From the IMG/VR virus record IMGVR_UViG_3300045988_155985: a stretch of DNA of 48,901 nucleotides; one strand, given 5' to 3'. Source of the stretch: a virus (Duplodnaviria; Heunggongvirae; Uroviricota; Caudoviricetes). Positions 1 through 8,399 of the stretch are shown here, piece after piece (within the stretch, counting starts at the first letter, position 1; every line of letters begins with the position of its first letter). The translations under genes were made by a program, and so were the position numbers. The notes under the pieces are model-generated. The model had not been told where the DNA came from, ran no database searches, and worked only from the letters and a program-made list of their open reading frames with translations.

Positions 1-55
1 TTATACCCGAAACCGAGCGATACCCGCCCTGGTTAAACCGGAGATAACCCGATGA
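1..55 (+). promoter_or_regulatory. 3' part (conserved 5' leader and RBS) of the promoter-operator-leader cassette; identical to 48847-48901, so it continues from the window end
   Basis: Exact 55-bp identity between window start and window end; same leader precedes ATGs at 32394 and 41286. Confidence 0.5.
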
Positions 56-273
56 AAGAACAAGACCGTAAAGTAATGCGTATTTCCTTCAAACGTGCGA
101 CTGAGCAGCAACGCAAAGAGTTCCTGGCTGATGATGTAGCGGCCGTTTATGACCTCATGAAAGAGGTTGTGGAATCAGGGAACTACACGGCGGCAAAGAT
201 GCTTAAACTGCAATTCTTGCTGGGCGACCTGAAATACAAATCCGAAGTTGTCGCCGGACGACGCGAGCATTAA
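52..273 (+). CDS. hypothetical protein, 73 aa, first gene downstream of cassette copy A/D
   Basis: ORF track; ATG at 52 preceded by GGAGA RBS in the conserved leader; followed by a terminator. Confidence 0.5.
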   Translation: MKEQDRKVMRISFKRATEQQRKEFLADDVAAVYDLMKEVVESGNYTAAKMLKLQFLLGDLKYKSEVVAGRREH

Positions 274-295
274 ACCGTAACGATAACGAACAACG

Positions 296-322
296 AGCCT
301 CGGCAATTGCCGGGGCTTTTTT
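296..322 (+). terminator. rho-independent terminator
   Basis: GC-rich hairpin AGCCTCGGCAATTGCCGGGGCT followed by TTTTTT. Confidence 0.6.
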
Positions 323-347
323 ACATCCAGACAAAGGAGAACATGGG

Positions 348-803
348 ATGCCTTCGACAAGCACCAAAAAAGAAATGGCGGTTAGTGATGTGCTTTACGC
401 GCTTTCGACTATATGTGACGGAGCAATGATGAGGATGAAAGTCCTCCATGAAGCATACGGAAAAAGTCACGATGAGGCAGCTAAAGAATGCCTGAATGAG
501 ATTGTGGACTTCATTGATAGCCATCGGTCGCTGATAGCTCTCGATAACCAGCCGCAAGCCGAAGAATGCCAGAAGCGCGAGTATAAAACGATATATGGGA
601 ATAAGTTCTCCTGTCTAAGCGAGTTGGCTGCAAAGGTGGCCGACATTCTGGAGAACAACAGCGGTCGAATGCATCAGGTTAGATATCAGTCTGAATATGA
701 AGCTCTAATCATGTTAGTTGATCAGTTAGTTGATACCGGAGCTTTACAGCTCAACTGCGTAAGGCTATCTGGTCATCCGATAAAAATGAATGGAAGGATA
801 TAA
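348..803 (+). CDS. hypothetical protein, 151 aa
   Basis: ORF track; ATG start; no recognisable motif. Confidence 0.5.
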   Translation: MPSTSTKKEMAVSDVLYALSTICDGAMMRMKVLHEAYGKSHDEAAKECLNEIVDFIDSHRSLIALDNQPQAEECQKREYKTIYGNKFSCLSELAAKVADILENNSGRMHQVRYQSEYEALIMLVDQLVDTGALQLNCVRLSGHPIKMNGRI

Positions 804-805
804 CC

Positions 806-1012
806 GTGGACTTGCCGAGTGATTTGTTCTGGTTTCCGCTTCCAATAAGAGATTTGTTGGTATTTCTGGCTGGCGCTTACGTCTGGAGAAAAGCGAAAGA
901 CACCTCGTTATCTTTGAGGTTTGTCTTAGCTATATCGGTAGGAACCGCGCTGGGTACGGCGTATCTCTTGATATTACTGGAGGTATTCATTGAAAAATGG
1001 ATAGTTTCATGA
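806..1012 (+). CDS. small hydrophobic (membrane) protein, 68 aa
   Basis: ORF track; two hydrophobic helices in translation. Confidence 0.45.
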   Translation: MDLPSDLFWFPLPIRDLLVFLAGAYVWRKAKDTSLSLRFVLAISVGTALGTAYLLILLEVFIEKWIVS

Positions 1013-1161
1013 ATGGTCTTGGCATTTTTCTGATGATTGTGGCCGTGTGTTTTTGTATCTCGCTGGTGGTTATTGCTGGTGTCCTGTGGCGCATCTTAGT
1101 GGCGCAGAGAGCTTTTCGGCTTAAGCGGGAGCAAATGCGCCTTGATTTCTATCGAAAGTAA
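1009..1161 (+). CDS. small membrane peptide, 50 aa, not in the ORF track (below 60 aa)
   Basis: Hand translation MNGLGIFLMIVAVCFCISLVVIAGVLWRILVAQRAFRLKREQMRLDFYRK; ATG overlaps upstream stop (ATGA); terminator follows. Confidence 0.4.
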   Translation: MNGLGIFLMIVAVCFCISLVVIAGVLWRILVAQRAFRLKREQMRLDFYRK

Positions 1162-1170
1162 CTCTTACAG

Positions 1171-1198
1171 CCTCGCGGTGTCGCGGGGCTTTTATTTT
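1171..1198 (+). terminator. rho-independent terminator
   Basis: Hairpin CCTCGCG-GTGT-CGCGGGG followed by CTTTTATTTT. Confidence 0.6.
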
Positions 1199-1209
1199 CA
1201 GGTGATGTT

Positions 1210-1620
1210 ATGGAAAAGAAAGAAGATAAACCGATTGCCATTGGTGCAGAGTCTGTTCCGTTTAAGTTTGAATTATCCCAACTGGTAACAATGCGTATCA
1301 GTGAAGAGTGGGGAGAAGTTCAAGCCCGTGCTCAGTATGCAAATGGCGAAAACCAGTATTTGATTCACTATCAGGCGGCTGATGGTCGTGCTACCACAGA
1401 GTGGTTCGGTGAATCGATGTTGATTGCGATGGAAGATGATCGTTATCCAGGCTGCCCTGTTTTTGCCTGTGTTGATTTGCCAGAAGGCGCGGTACTTGAA
1501 GACGACAAAGAAGAATGCTCGTCTGATGGCGAACTTGTCATTACCGGAATCGTTGATGGTAAGCCGGAATACTCTCGTATTGAGGTAAATAACGGCTGCC
1601 TTCGTTTGATCCCTGCGTAA
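1210..1620 (+). CDS. highly acidic hypothetical protein, 136 aa
   Basis: ORF track; by eye roughly 27 D/E against 9 K/R. Confidence 0.55.
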   Translation: MEKKEDKPIAIGAESVPFKFELSQLVTMRISEEWGEVQARAQYANGENQYLIHYQAADGRATTEWFGESMLIAMEDDRYPGCPVFACVDLPEGAVLEDDKEECSSDGELVITGIVDGKPEYSRIEVNNGCLRLIPA

Positions 1621-1854
1621 CGCATTACAGCAGCTCTTGTGCTTATCAGGGGCTGCGATAATGCGCAAACCAAAGCTGCCTCATTAACTCCAGCTCATTG
1701 TGGAGTTAATGCTGGTGGCTTTTTTATTACTGGAAGGTGGGCGACCGCCGTCAGTTGCGACCTGACGACAGTCATTCATACCCACAGGGTGCCGTGGATA
1801 CAAACCGAGGCCCACTTGCTTGCACAAGCGAGGGGATTTTAGCGGATAAACGGC

Positions 1855-2478
1855 ATGACAAAACATCTTAATGTGGTTTCTTTACCACTTTCTGTGTTGA
1901 TTGGTTATGAAAAGAACGCTCGCACACACTCCGTGGAGCAGGTAGATCAGATTGTTGCCAGCATACAGGAGTACGGATGGACTAATCCGATCCTGATAGA
2001 CGAGAACAACGTTGTAATTGCTGGTCATGGTCGAATTGCTGCGGCCACTCAGTTGGGGATGGATGATGTTCCCTGCATTGTTCTGGCTGGGCTAACGGAG
2101 AATCAGAAGAAGGCATATCGTCTGGCCGACAACCGTATTCCGCTGAATGCTGGTTGGGATGAAGAGTTGTTAAGCGCGGAGCTTGCAGATCTTGCGGCCG
2201 ATGATTTTGCTCTGGACTCAATTGGTTTTACTCAGCGCGAACTGGATAACTTATTGAGTGCGGCGGTCTACGATGACACAGAGGGTATGGATATCCCATT
2301 TGAGAAGGATGAGGCCAAATCAGGCGTAAAAGTTCAGTACCTGTCATTTGGAGGTCATAAAATCCCGGCAACGGATGAGGAAGCGGATCGTTTTGACTGC
2401 GCGGTGTCTCGTTATGTTGATGATAATGGCAGCTATATCGGATTTGTATCCGCATTGCTGGCTGGGGAGGTGTGCTGA
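1855..2478 (+). CDS. ParB/Srx (ParB-like nuclease) domain protein, paralog A
   Basis: IAGHGR motif and NAGWD motif typical of ParB N-terminal domain; about 55% identical by eye to the 5145-5735 product. Confidence 0.7.
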   Translation: MTKHLNVVSLPLSVLIGYEKNARTHSVEQVDQIVASIQEYGWTNPILIDENNVVIAGHGRIAAATQLGMDDVPCIVLAGLTENQKKAYRLADNRIPLNAGWDEELLSAELADLAADDFALDSIGFTQRELDNLLSAAVYDDTEGMDIPFEKDEAKSGVKVQYLSFGGHKIPATDEEADRFDCAVSRYVDDNGSYIGFVSALLAGEVC

Positions 2479-3851
2479 TGCTTCACCTGAATTACGACAT
2501 AACGCACCTACGCGGCGCGGAATATAACCCGCGTTTTATCGGTGAGGATGATCTTGCGAGGCTGGCCGAAAGCGTCAGGGAGCTGGGGCTTGTGAAGCCA
2601 TTGATAGTGCGCGGCGATTTGCTGGTGGCGGGACACCAAAGGACGAAGGCGCTACGTAAGTTGGGAATAACGCGTGCTGCGGTGTATGTGTTGCCCTGTG
2701 AAACGACGGTATACGACGAAGTTCGGTTTAACCAACTGCATAACGGAACGGATTTTGATAGCGGAGATGAGCGTTGCAGGGTGTCCGGTCTGGAAGATAA
2801 GCATGGTTTTGTTCAGGTATCGGCAAGCCAGATCTCAGGCAATATGCGCGCGAAAATGGCATATGTTCGAAAGAACATAGCGGAACTGGTTATCAAGTAT
2901 GGTCCGTGGGGTGGTTGTGTTGCTACTCAGTCTGGTGAGGTTATTCACTGTGCTCAGTATGCATTAGCAGCGAAAATGACGCGCACACCGCTAACGGTGT
3001 TTGTGATCCCTGATGTTGAGAAGGAAAAATACCAAAGTTATCTGAATAAAACTTATGGTGTATTTGAGTATTCTCATCTGGAGAAAACAACATACATCCA
3101 GACGTATGCGCAGCTTATGCGGTTGCGTAATGGTGGCAGCCTGAAATCAAACCTGTATGAGTCGTTGATCCTCCCGATCATTGCCAAGACGCCAAGAGGA
3201 ATTGATTTTGGTTCGGGGCAGGGAGACTACGCGCGAATGCTCAGGGCAAAGGGATATAACCTGCATGATCTCGAGCTTTTCCGCCGTAAGGGCGCTGGAA
3301 ACACTCTGGATAGGACCGCAACAAACCGGATGATTGATACGCTGGTGGACGACTTAAAAACGCGAGGGCGTTACGACTACGTGATTTGCGATAGCGTTTT
3401 GAACTCGGTCGATAGTGTCGAGGCTGAATGGTCCGTTCTGACGGTTCTGAAAGGCCTGTGTAAAGCTGGTGGGTCAATATTCTTTTCTGGTCGTAGCCGT
3501 GGAGAGCTGGAAACAGTCCTGAAGCAAACACAAGCGGCGAGTTCCAAAAGCCGGCTTTATTTTATTGATCATAACGGTTTTACCGCGTTGTACCGGAAGG
3601 GGCACTGGTTTTACCAGAAGTTTCACTCTGATGATGAAGTGAAGCAGTTGTGTCGTGTACATGGTTTCAGGATTAAGCGGTCAATATTCAACTGTAAGAG
3701 CTGGTATTTGCACGTCATTAACGATGATTCCCTTAGTTGGGCGAGTCTGGAGAAAGCTGTTCGTTTTGAGTTTGAGTTGCCGTTGCCTGGTGGTTCAACA
3801 ATCGGACGATCTGATGATGTGCTGGCGGCTTTCCGGCCGTTGATTAAGTAG
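2478..3851 (+). CDS. fusion protein: ParB/Srx-like N-terminal domain plus class I SAM-dependent methyltransferase-like C-terminal domain
   Basis: N-terminal VAGHQRTKAL (ParB GxxR-like); C-terminal GIDFGSGQG (motif I-like), acidic post-I, YDYVICDSVL (motif II-like); ATG 2478 overlaps upstream stop (TGATG); no DPPY/NPPY motif seen. Confidence 0.6.
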   Translation: MLHLNYDITHLRGAEYNPRFIGEDDLARLAESVRELGLVKPLIVRGDLLVAGHQRTKALRKLGITRAAVYVLPCETTVYDEVRFNQLHNGTDFDSGDERCRVSGLEDKHGFVQVSASQISGNMRAKMAYVRKNIAELVIKYGPWGGCVATQSGEVIHCAQYALAAKMTRTPLTVFVIPDVEKEKYQSYLNKTYGVFEYSHLEKTTYIQTYAQLMRLRNGGSLKSNLYESLILPIIAKTPRGIDFGSGQGDYARMLRAKGYNLHDLELFRRKGAGNTLDRTATNRMIDTLVDDLKTRGRYDYVICDSVLNSVDSVEAEWSVLTVLKGLCKAGGSIFFSGRSRGELETVLKQTQAASSKSRLYFIDHNGFTALYRKGHWFYQKFHSDDEVKQLCRVHGFRIKRSIFNCKSWYLHVINDDSLSWASLEKAVRFEFELPLPGGSTIGRSDDVLAAFRPLIK

Positions 3852-3867
3852 TCTGTAGGAGGCGCTG

Positions 3868-4587
3868 GTGGCTGACAGAATTGAGATAAAGATGGATTTT
3901 TCTTCTCAGGATATTCAACGACAACTCCAGCGCCTTGAAGAACGCGAATTGCCGTTCGCAATGGCGCTTGCGGCAACCAGAACGGCAAAGGCTTCTCAGG
4001 CTGCGATTAAGAATGAAATTAATCGGGTATTTGACAGGCCCACGCCGTGGATTCAGAACTCTACTTACGTTTTGGCCGCAAAGAAGAGTGATCCTACAGC
4101 CATTGTGTATGCTCGTGAATGGGGAGGAACGCCAGCCCCTGTAACGTTGACTCCGCAAATCGAAGGTGGCCAACGACAGTACAAACGCTCAGAAGGGGCG
4201 CTAAGGGCTGGTGGATATTTGCCTAACGGCTGGCAGCTTGCTCCTGGTCCCGGCGCAAAGCTGGACAAGTACGGGAATATTTCGCGGGGGCAATTACAGC
4301 AGGTCTTATCTGGCCTAAGAGTTCAGCGAGATGCGCATCAAAATCGCCGTCAGGGCAAGCCTACGGAGTTTTTTGTTGTTCGACCTGGTACAAGTAACCC
4401 GCTTCAACCAGGCGTCTGGCAGCGCGTTGGGCGGCGTCCTACGTTGATCCTTACGTTTATCCAGCAACCTAACTATTCGCAGCGTCTTGATTGGCATGGC
4501 GTGGCGCTGCGTGCTGGTGAGGATGCGTTTGCTGATGAAGTCACAAAGGCTATTGATGACATTCTTTCTAAGACCTTCTCTCGTTAA
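3868..4587 (+). CDS. hypothetical protein, 239 aa
   Basis: ORF track; GTG start 6 nt after AGGAGG; no motif recognised. Confidence 0.5.
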   Translation: MADRIEIKMDFSSQDIQRQLQRLEERELPFAMALAATRTAKASQAAIKNEINRVFDRPTPWIQNSTYVLAAKKSDPTAIVYAREWGGTPAPVTLTPQIEGGQRQYKRSEGALRAGGYLPNGWQLAPGPGAKLDKYGNISRGQLQQVLSGLRVQRDAHQNRRQGKPTEFFVVRPGTSNPLQPGVWQRVGRRPTLILTFIQQPNYSQRLDWHGVALRAGEDAFADEVTKAIDDILSKTFSR

Positions 4588-4779
4588 TCATCGTGTGGTT
4601 GATGGTGTTGTTATGCAGAGTGTATTCACTGTGTTCTGTAGCGTCGCTCGCTGGCTGTCTGTGGGGGAGCACGAGCATCGTTTCATCGTCCGGCAGAATT
4701 GGGTCCTTCTGGCCAAAAGCGTTGGATGCGGGTCATTCGAACCCCGATGTTCGGCTAGCTAAACGTGAAAAAAGTTAGG

Positions 4780-5144
4780 TTAAAAGTTGCGGTAAAAGAA
4801 ATTTACTCATCTCATTGAAAAATATCGGGAAAACGTGATTTTTTGCTGTATTTGTGCTGGTAAAAAGAAAGTAGAAAATTTTCTTTTAGATCATCAAGAT
4901 ACGCGCAGATCTTTAACCAATGTGATGTTGTTCTGATAAAAATCGTTATAAATCATGCAAATACATCCAATCTTTTAACCAAAACACCATCGCAAGATCC
5001 TTTTTACTTATAAAAACTTAATAAAATCAGATAATTATGCTGGTTTGTGTGATTTTTTATGAGTAAAAAGATCGTCATTTTTCTCTTTTAGTATCAATAA
5101 GTTAAACAGTTTTCTTTAACCTGTTGTGTTATGGCGGTTAAAAA
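4780..5144. promoter_or_regulatory. AT-rich non-coding region upstream of the packaging genes; candidate cos/pac and/or late promoter region
   Basis: 365 bp without credible ORF; three direct repeats TCTTT(T)AACC at about 4910, 4971 and 5113; four GATC sites. Confidence 0.3.
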
Positions 5145-5735
5145 ATGGCTCTAAAAATCGAATATTTACCAGTCGGTAAGCTGCTCAGATATGCCAAAAA
5201 TTCACGGACTCATTCAGATGAGCAAGTTGAACAGTTGGTGAACAGTATCCGTGAGTTCGGTTTCACTAATCCTGTGCTGATCGATGAAAAGAATGAACTG
5301 ATTGCGGGGCATGGTCGGCTTGCAGCAGCCGAAATTCTGGAAATGGATAAAGTTCCGGCGATTCGGTTGAGTAACCTTTCTGAAAAACAGAAGAAGGCTT
5401 ACAGGATTGCAGATAACAAGCTGGCCTTAAATGCTGGCTGGGATATGCAGCTTCTGGCCGAAGAAGTCAAAGAGTTAATGGATGATGATTTTGATATTGA
5501 TCTGCTTGGGTTTAATGATGCAGAGCTTGACGAAATGTTAAGCGATGAACAGCCGCAGGAAGAAGACGATAATTCTTCCCCTGTTGTTCAAATTAAGTAC
5601 CTGGCTATTGATAAAGAACGTATTCCCGCGACGGATATGGAAATTGCATTGTTGCTGGATGTTTATCGTCAGTACCACGACGCGCATGAAACGCATGAGG
5701 GATTTGTTCAGTATCTTGCTAATGGTTGCAAGTAA
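5145..5735 (+). CDS. ParB/Srx (ParB-like nuclease) domain protein, paralog B
   Basis: IAGHGR and NAGWD motifs; immediately upstream of TerS. Confidence 0.7.
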   Translation: MALKIEYLPVGKLLRYAKNSRTHSDEQVEQLVNSIREFGFTNPVLIDEKNELIAGHGRLAAAEILEMDKVPAIRLSNLSEKQKKAYRIADNKLALNAGWDMQLLAEEVKELMDDDFDIDLLGFNDAELDEMLSDEQPQEEDDNSSPVVQIKYLAIDKERIPATDMEIALLLDVYRQYHDAHETHEGFVQYLANGCK

Positions 5736-6286
5736 TGGCCATCGTCAGTAAGTCAGAGTTTGCCCGCCGGAAAGGTATTTCTCCGGCAATGGTTACGAAG
5801 CTCTGTCGTTCCGGTCGCATTCCAGTGCTGAAAAGCGGCAAGCTGGATTTTGATAAAGCAAGTGCGGCTTATGAAGCGAGCCGACAGGTTGGTCGTGAGG
5901 TATCTGCTGAAAACGGAAAAAGAGGGCATGGGATATCTTCGGAACAACCAGAGTTACCCGCTGATGATGCCGGATTAGCTGGTGGTACTTCCGGTGTTGC
6001 GGTGCAATTCAACAAGGCTAAGACCGCAGAAAAAATTTATCAGGCAAAGCTGAAACGCCTTGAATTTGAAGAAAAGGAAGGCTCTCTCATCGCTAAAGAT
6101 GCGGTCAGGGATGATGCATTTCTGGCAGCTAATGAATTGCGTAGCCGCTTATTTAGTATTGCTCCAAGAGCAGCTCCCCGTTGTGAAGGCAAAACAGCCA
6201 GGGAGATCGAACGCATTATTGAAGACGAGATTAATTTTGCGCTTCAGGCGCTCCAGGAATCCCGATTTATTAAGCAGGAAGAATAA
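5735..6286 (+). CDS. terminase small subunit, Nu1-like HTH type
   Basis: N-terminal HTH-like segment SKSEFARRKGISPAMVTKLCRSGRIPV; position before large terminase; ATG 5735 overlaps upstream stop (track start 5726 is TTG). Confidence 0.6.
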   Translation: MAIVSKSEFARRKGISPAMVTKLCRSGRIPVLKSGKLDFDKASAAYEASRQVGREVSAENGKRGHGISSEQPELPADDAGLAGGTSGVAVQFNKAKTAEKIYQAKLKRLEFEEKEGSLIAKDAVRDDAFLAANELRSRLFSIAPRAAPRCEGKTAREIERIIEDEINFALQALQESRFIKQEE

Positions 6287-6291
6287 ACCTC

Positions 6292-8148
6292 ATGGGCGAA
6301 ACAGTATGGAGCACCGCTTTTTTCCGTGCGCTTCGCCCTAAATCACGGCTAACTGTTTCCGAATGGGCTGATAAGTATCGTCATGTAGCGCCGGGAACGT
6401 CTCCAGAGCCAGGGCCGTGGCGTACAAGCCGAGTGCCATATTTGCGTGAACCAATGGATGTTATTGGTGACGCTGATACAGAAACAGTAGTGATGCAATG
6501 TAGCTCGCAAATTGGTAAATCCGAATTACAGCTAAATGTTATGGGTTACTTTGCAGATCAGGAGCCATCTCCTCAGTTGATGATTTATCCAACGGTAGAG
6601 GCGGCTGAGGCTTTTTCAAAAGAGCGTATTGATCCGACGTTCAAATATTCCCCTGGTTTGAAACACAAGCTGCATGAAGGGAAAGAGGGGCGCGGTGCAG
6701 CCAAAAAGTCCAGCACGACTATACGTATGAAGCATTACGCTGGTGGATATATAGCACTTGTTGGTGCTAATTCCCCAGCAGGTCTTGCATCCAGGCCAAT
6801 TCGAATACTGTTAGCTGATGAGATTGATCGTTACGGTGTGACGCAGGAGGGCGACCCACTAAAACTAGGTATTCAGCGTACTACCAACTTTCATAATCGT
6901 AAGAAAGTTTTTGTTTCTACTCCTGTTTTGGAGGAAACGAGCAAAATCCACAAGTGGTTTAAGCTCTCCGATCAGCGTTACTACCATGTTCCTTGCCCAT
7001 GTTGTGGCACCATGCAGGTGATGAAATGGTCGCAAGTCAGATGGGATAAGAGCGATTCAGGTGAGGCGTTACCGGAAACGGCCAGATATGAGTGCTGTGA
7101 GTGCGGCGGGATTATGCGCGGATCTGGTAAACCAGACGTTGATTGGTTGGCGAAGGGGGTATGGATAGCTGAACATACTGGAGTTAAAGGTATTGTTGGT
7201 TTTCATATTAACAGTCTTTACTCCCCGTGGGTTGCATTGTCAGAGCTGGTTGAAGAATTTACGGAAGCAACCAGAAACCGCGATAAAAATGGATTAATGG
7301 AGTTTATTAACCTTAAGCTGGGTGAGCCATGGAAAGAGGATGCTAAAGACGATATCGATCCTGAATACTTGTTGCAACGCAGAATAAGGTTTGAAGAGTT
7401 TTTACCAGATGATGTTTTATTGTTAAGTGCTGGTGTTGACGTACAGGACACGTATTTAGTTTGTGAATTGGTCGGTTGGGGAAAAGGTAAGGAGTCATGG
7501 GGGATAGAATATAAAATATTCCCAGGTGATCCCGCACAAGATGTTGTCTGGAAACAACTTGATGAATACTTACTCCGTAGCTGGTCATTCCGTGACGGTC
7601 GAAAATTACAGATTTCTTCCGTTTGTATTGACTCTGGTGGGCATTTTACGACAGAGGTATATCGCTTTACTAAGCCGAGAGAATCAAGGCGAATATACTC
7701 TATCAGGGGGCGTGGTGGGGTAGGTTTACCATTTATAGGAAAGCCAAATAATAATAACCGTGTGGGTGCTATGTTGTTTAATTTGGGGGTTGATGATGGT
7801 AAAGGGACCATCATGGCAAGAATTAAACTACATGATCCTGGTCCTGGTTATATGCATTTCCCATTAGATTCTGACAGAGGATATGATACCGAATACTTTA
7901 AAGGATTATTATCAGAGAAAAAAATATTTGAATATAAAAATGGGCAGACAAAAGAAAAGTGGGTGAAAGTCTACGAGCGTAACGAACCTCTTGATTGCCG
8001 TAACTATGCAACTGCCGCGATGGAAATTCTGAACCCTAATTTTAACTGGCTTGCCGAACAGGAAATGCGAGGTAATGTGTATGTGCAGAACTCGTCAGGT
8101 ATACGTAGAAGACGCCGTAGAGTTATAAGTAAAGGCGTAACCATATAG
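6292..8148 (+). CDS. terminase large subunit, lambda gpA-like
   Basis: 618 aa; recalled similarity to gpA (VSEWAD near N-terminus, CPCCG zinc-finger-like segment); gene order TerS-TerL-W-portal. Confidence 0.85.
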   Translation: MGETVWSTAFFRALRPKSRLTVSEWADKYRHVAPGTSPEPGPWRTSRVPYLREPMDVIGDADTETVVMQCSSQIGKSELQLNVMGYFADQEPSPQLMIYPTVEAAEAFSKERIDPTFKYSPGLKHKLHEGKEGRGAAKKSSTTIRMKHYAGGYIALVGANSPAGLASRPIRILLADEIDRYGVTQEGDPLKLGIQRTTNFHNRKKVFVSTPVLEETSKIHKWFKLSDQRYYHVPCPCCGTMQVMKWSQVRWDKSDSGEALPETARYECCECGGIMRGSGKPDVDWLAKGVWIAEHTGVKGIVGFHINSLYSPWVALSELVEEFTEATRNRDKNGLMEFINLKLGEPWKEDAKDDIDPEYLLQRRIRFEEFLPDDVLLLSAGVDVQDTYLVCELVGWGKGKESWGIEYKIFPGDPAQDVVWKQLDEYLLRSWSFRDGRKLQISSVCIDSGGHFTTEVYRFTKPRESRRIYSIRGRGGVGLPFIGKPNNNNRVGAMLFNLGVDDGKGTIMARIKLHDPGPGYMHFPLDSDRGYDTEYFKGLLSEKKIFEYKNGQTKEKWVKVYERNEPLDCRNYATAAMEILNPNFNWLAEQEMRGNVYVQNSSGIRRRRRRVISKGVTI

Positions 8149-8159
8149 AGGAAATATAA

Positions 8160-8399
8160 ATGAACAATGAAGCATTTTCTCTGACTGAAGCCAGAGAGAT
8201 GTTATCTGTCTGGCGGGAAGCATATCGCGCTATTGCTATTGGCGGTCAGTCATATAAATTTGGTACGCGGCAGTTAACTCGTGCGGATTTATCAGAAGTC
8301 AGAAAAGAGATGGATTACTGGCGTAATGAAGTGGAAAGATTATCAGCAGGTATACGCCGAGGCCCACGAATTAAACGAGTGGTGATAAGAGATTTATGA
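8160..8399 (+). CDS. head-tail joining protein, gpW-like
   Basis: 79 aa between terminase and portal; C-terminal RRGPR resembles gpW. Confidence 0.5.
   Translation: MNNEAFSLTEAREMLSVWREAYRAIAIGGQSYKFGTRQLTRADLSEVRKEMDYWRNEVERLSAGIRRGPRIKRVVIRDL

Noticed and set aside
7218-7814. Antisense ORFs inside structural genes (also 12646-13005, 23768-24091, 24549-25219, 41795-42193, 8527-8712)
   Set aside because: They lie fully within well-supported genes on the opposite strand, have low-complexity translations and no RBS; treated as frame artefacts.
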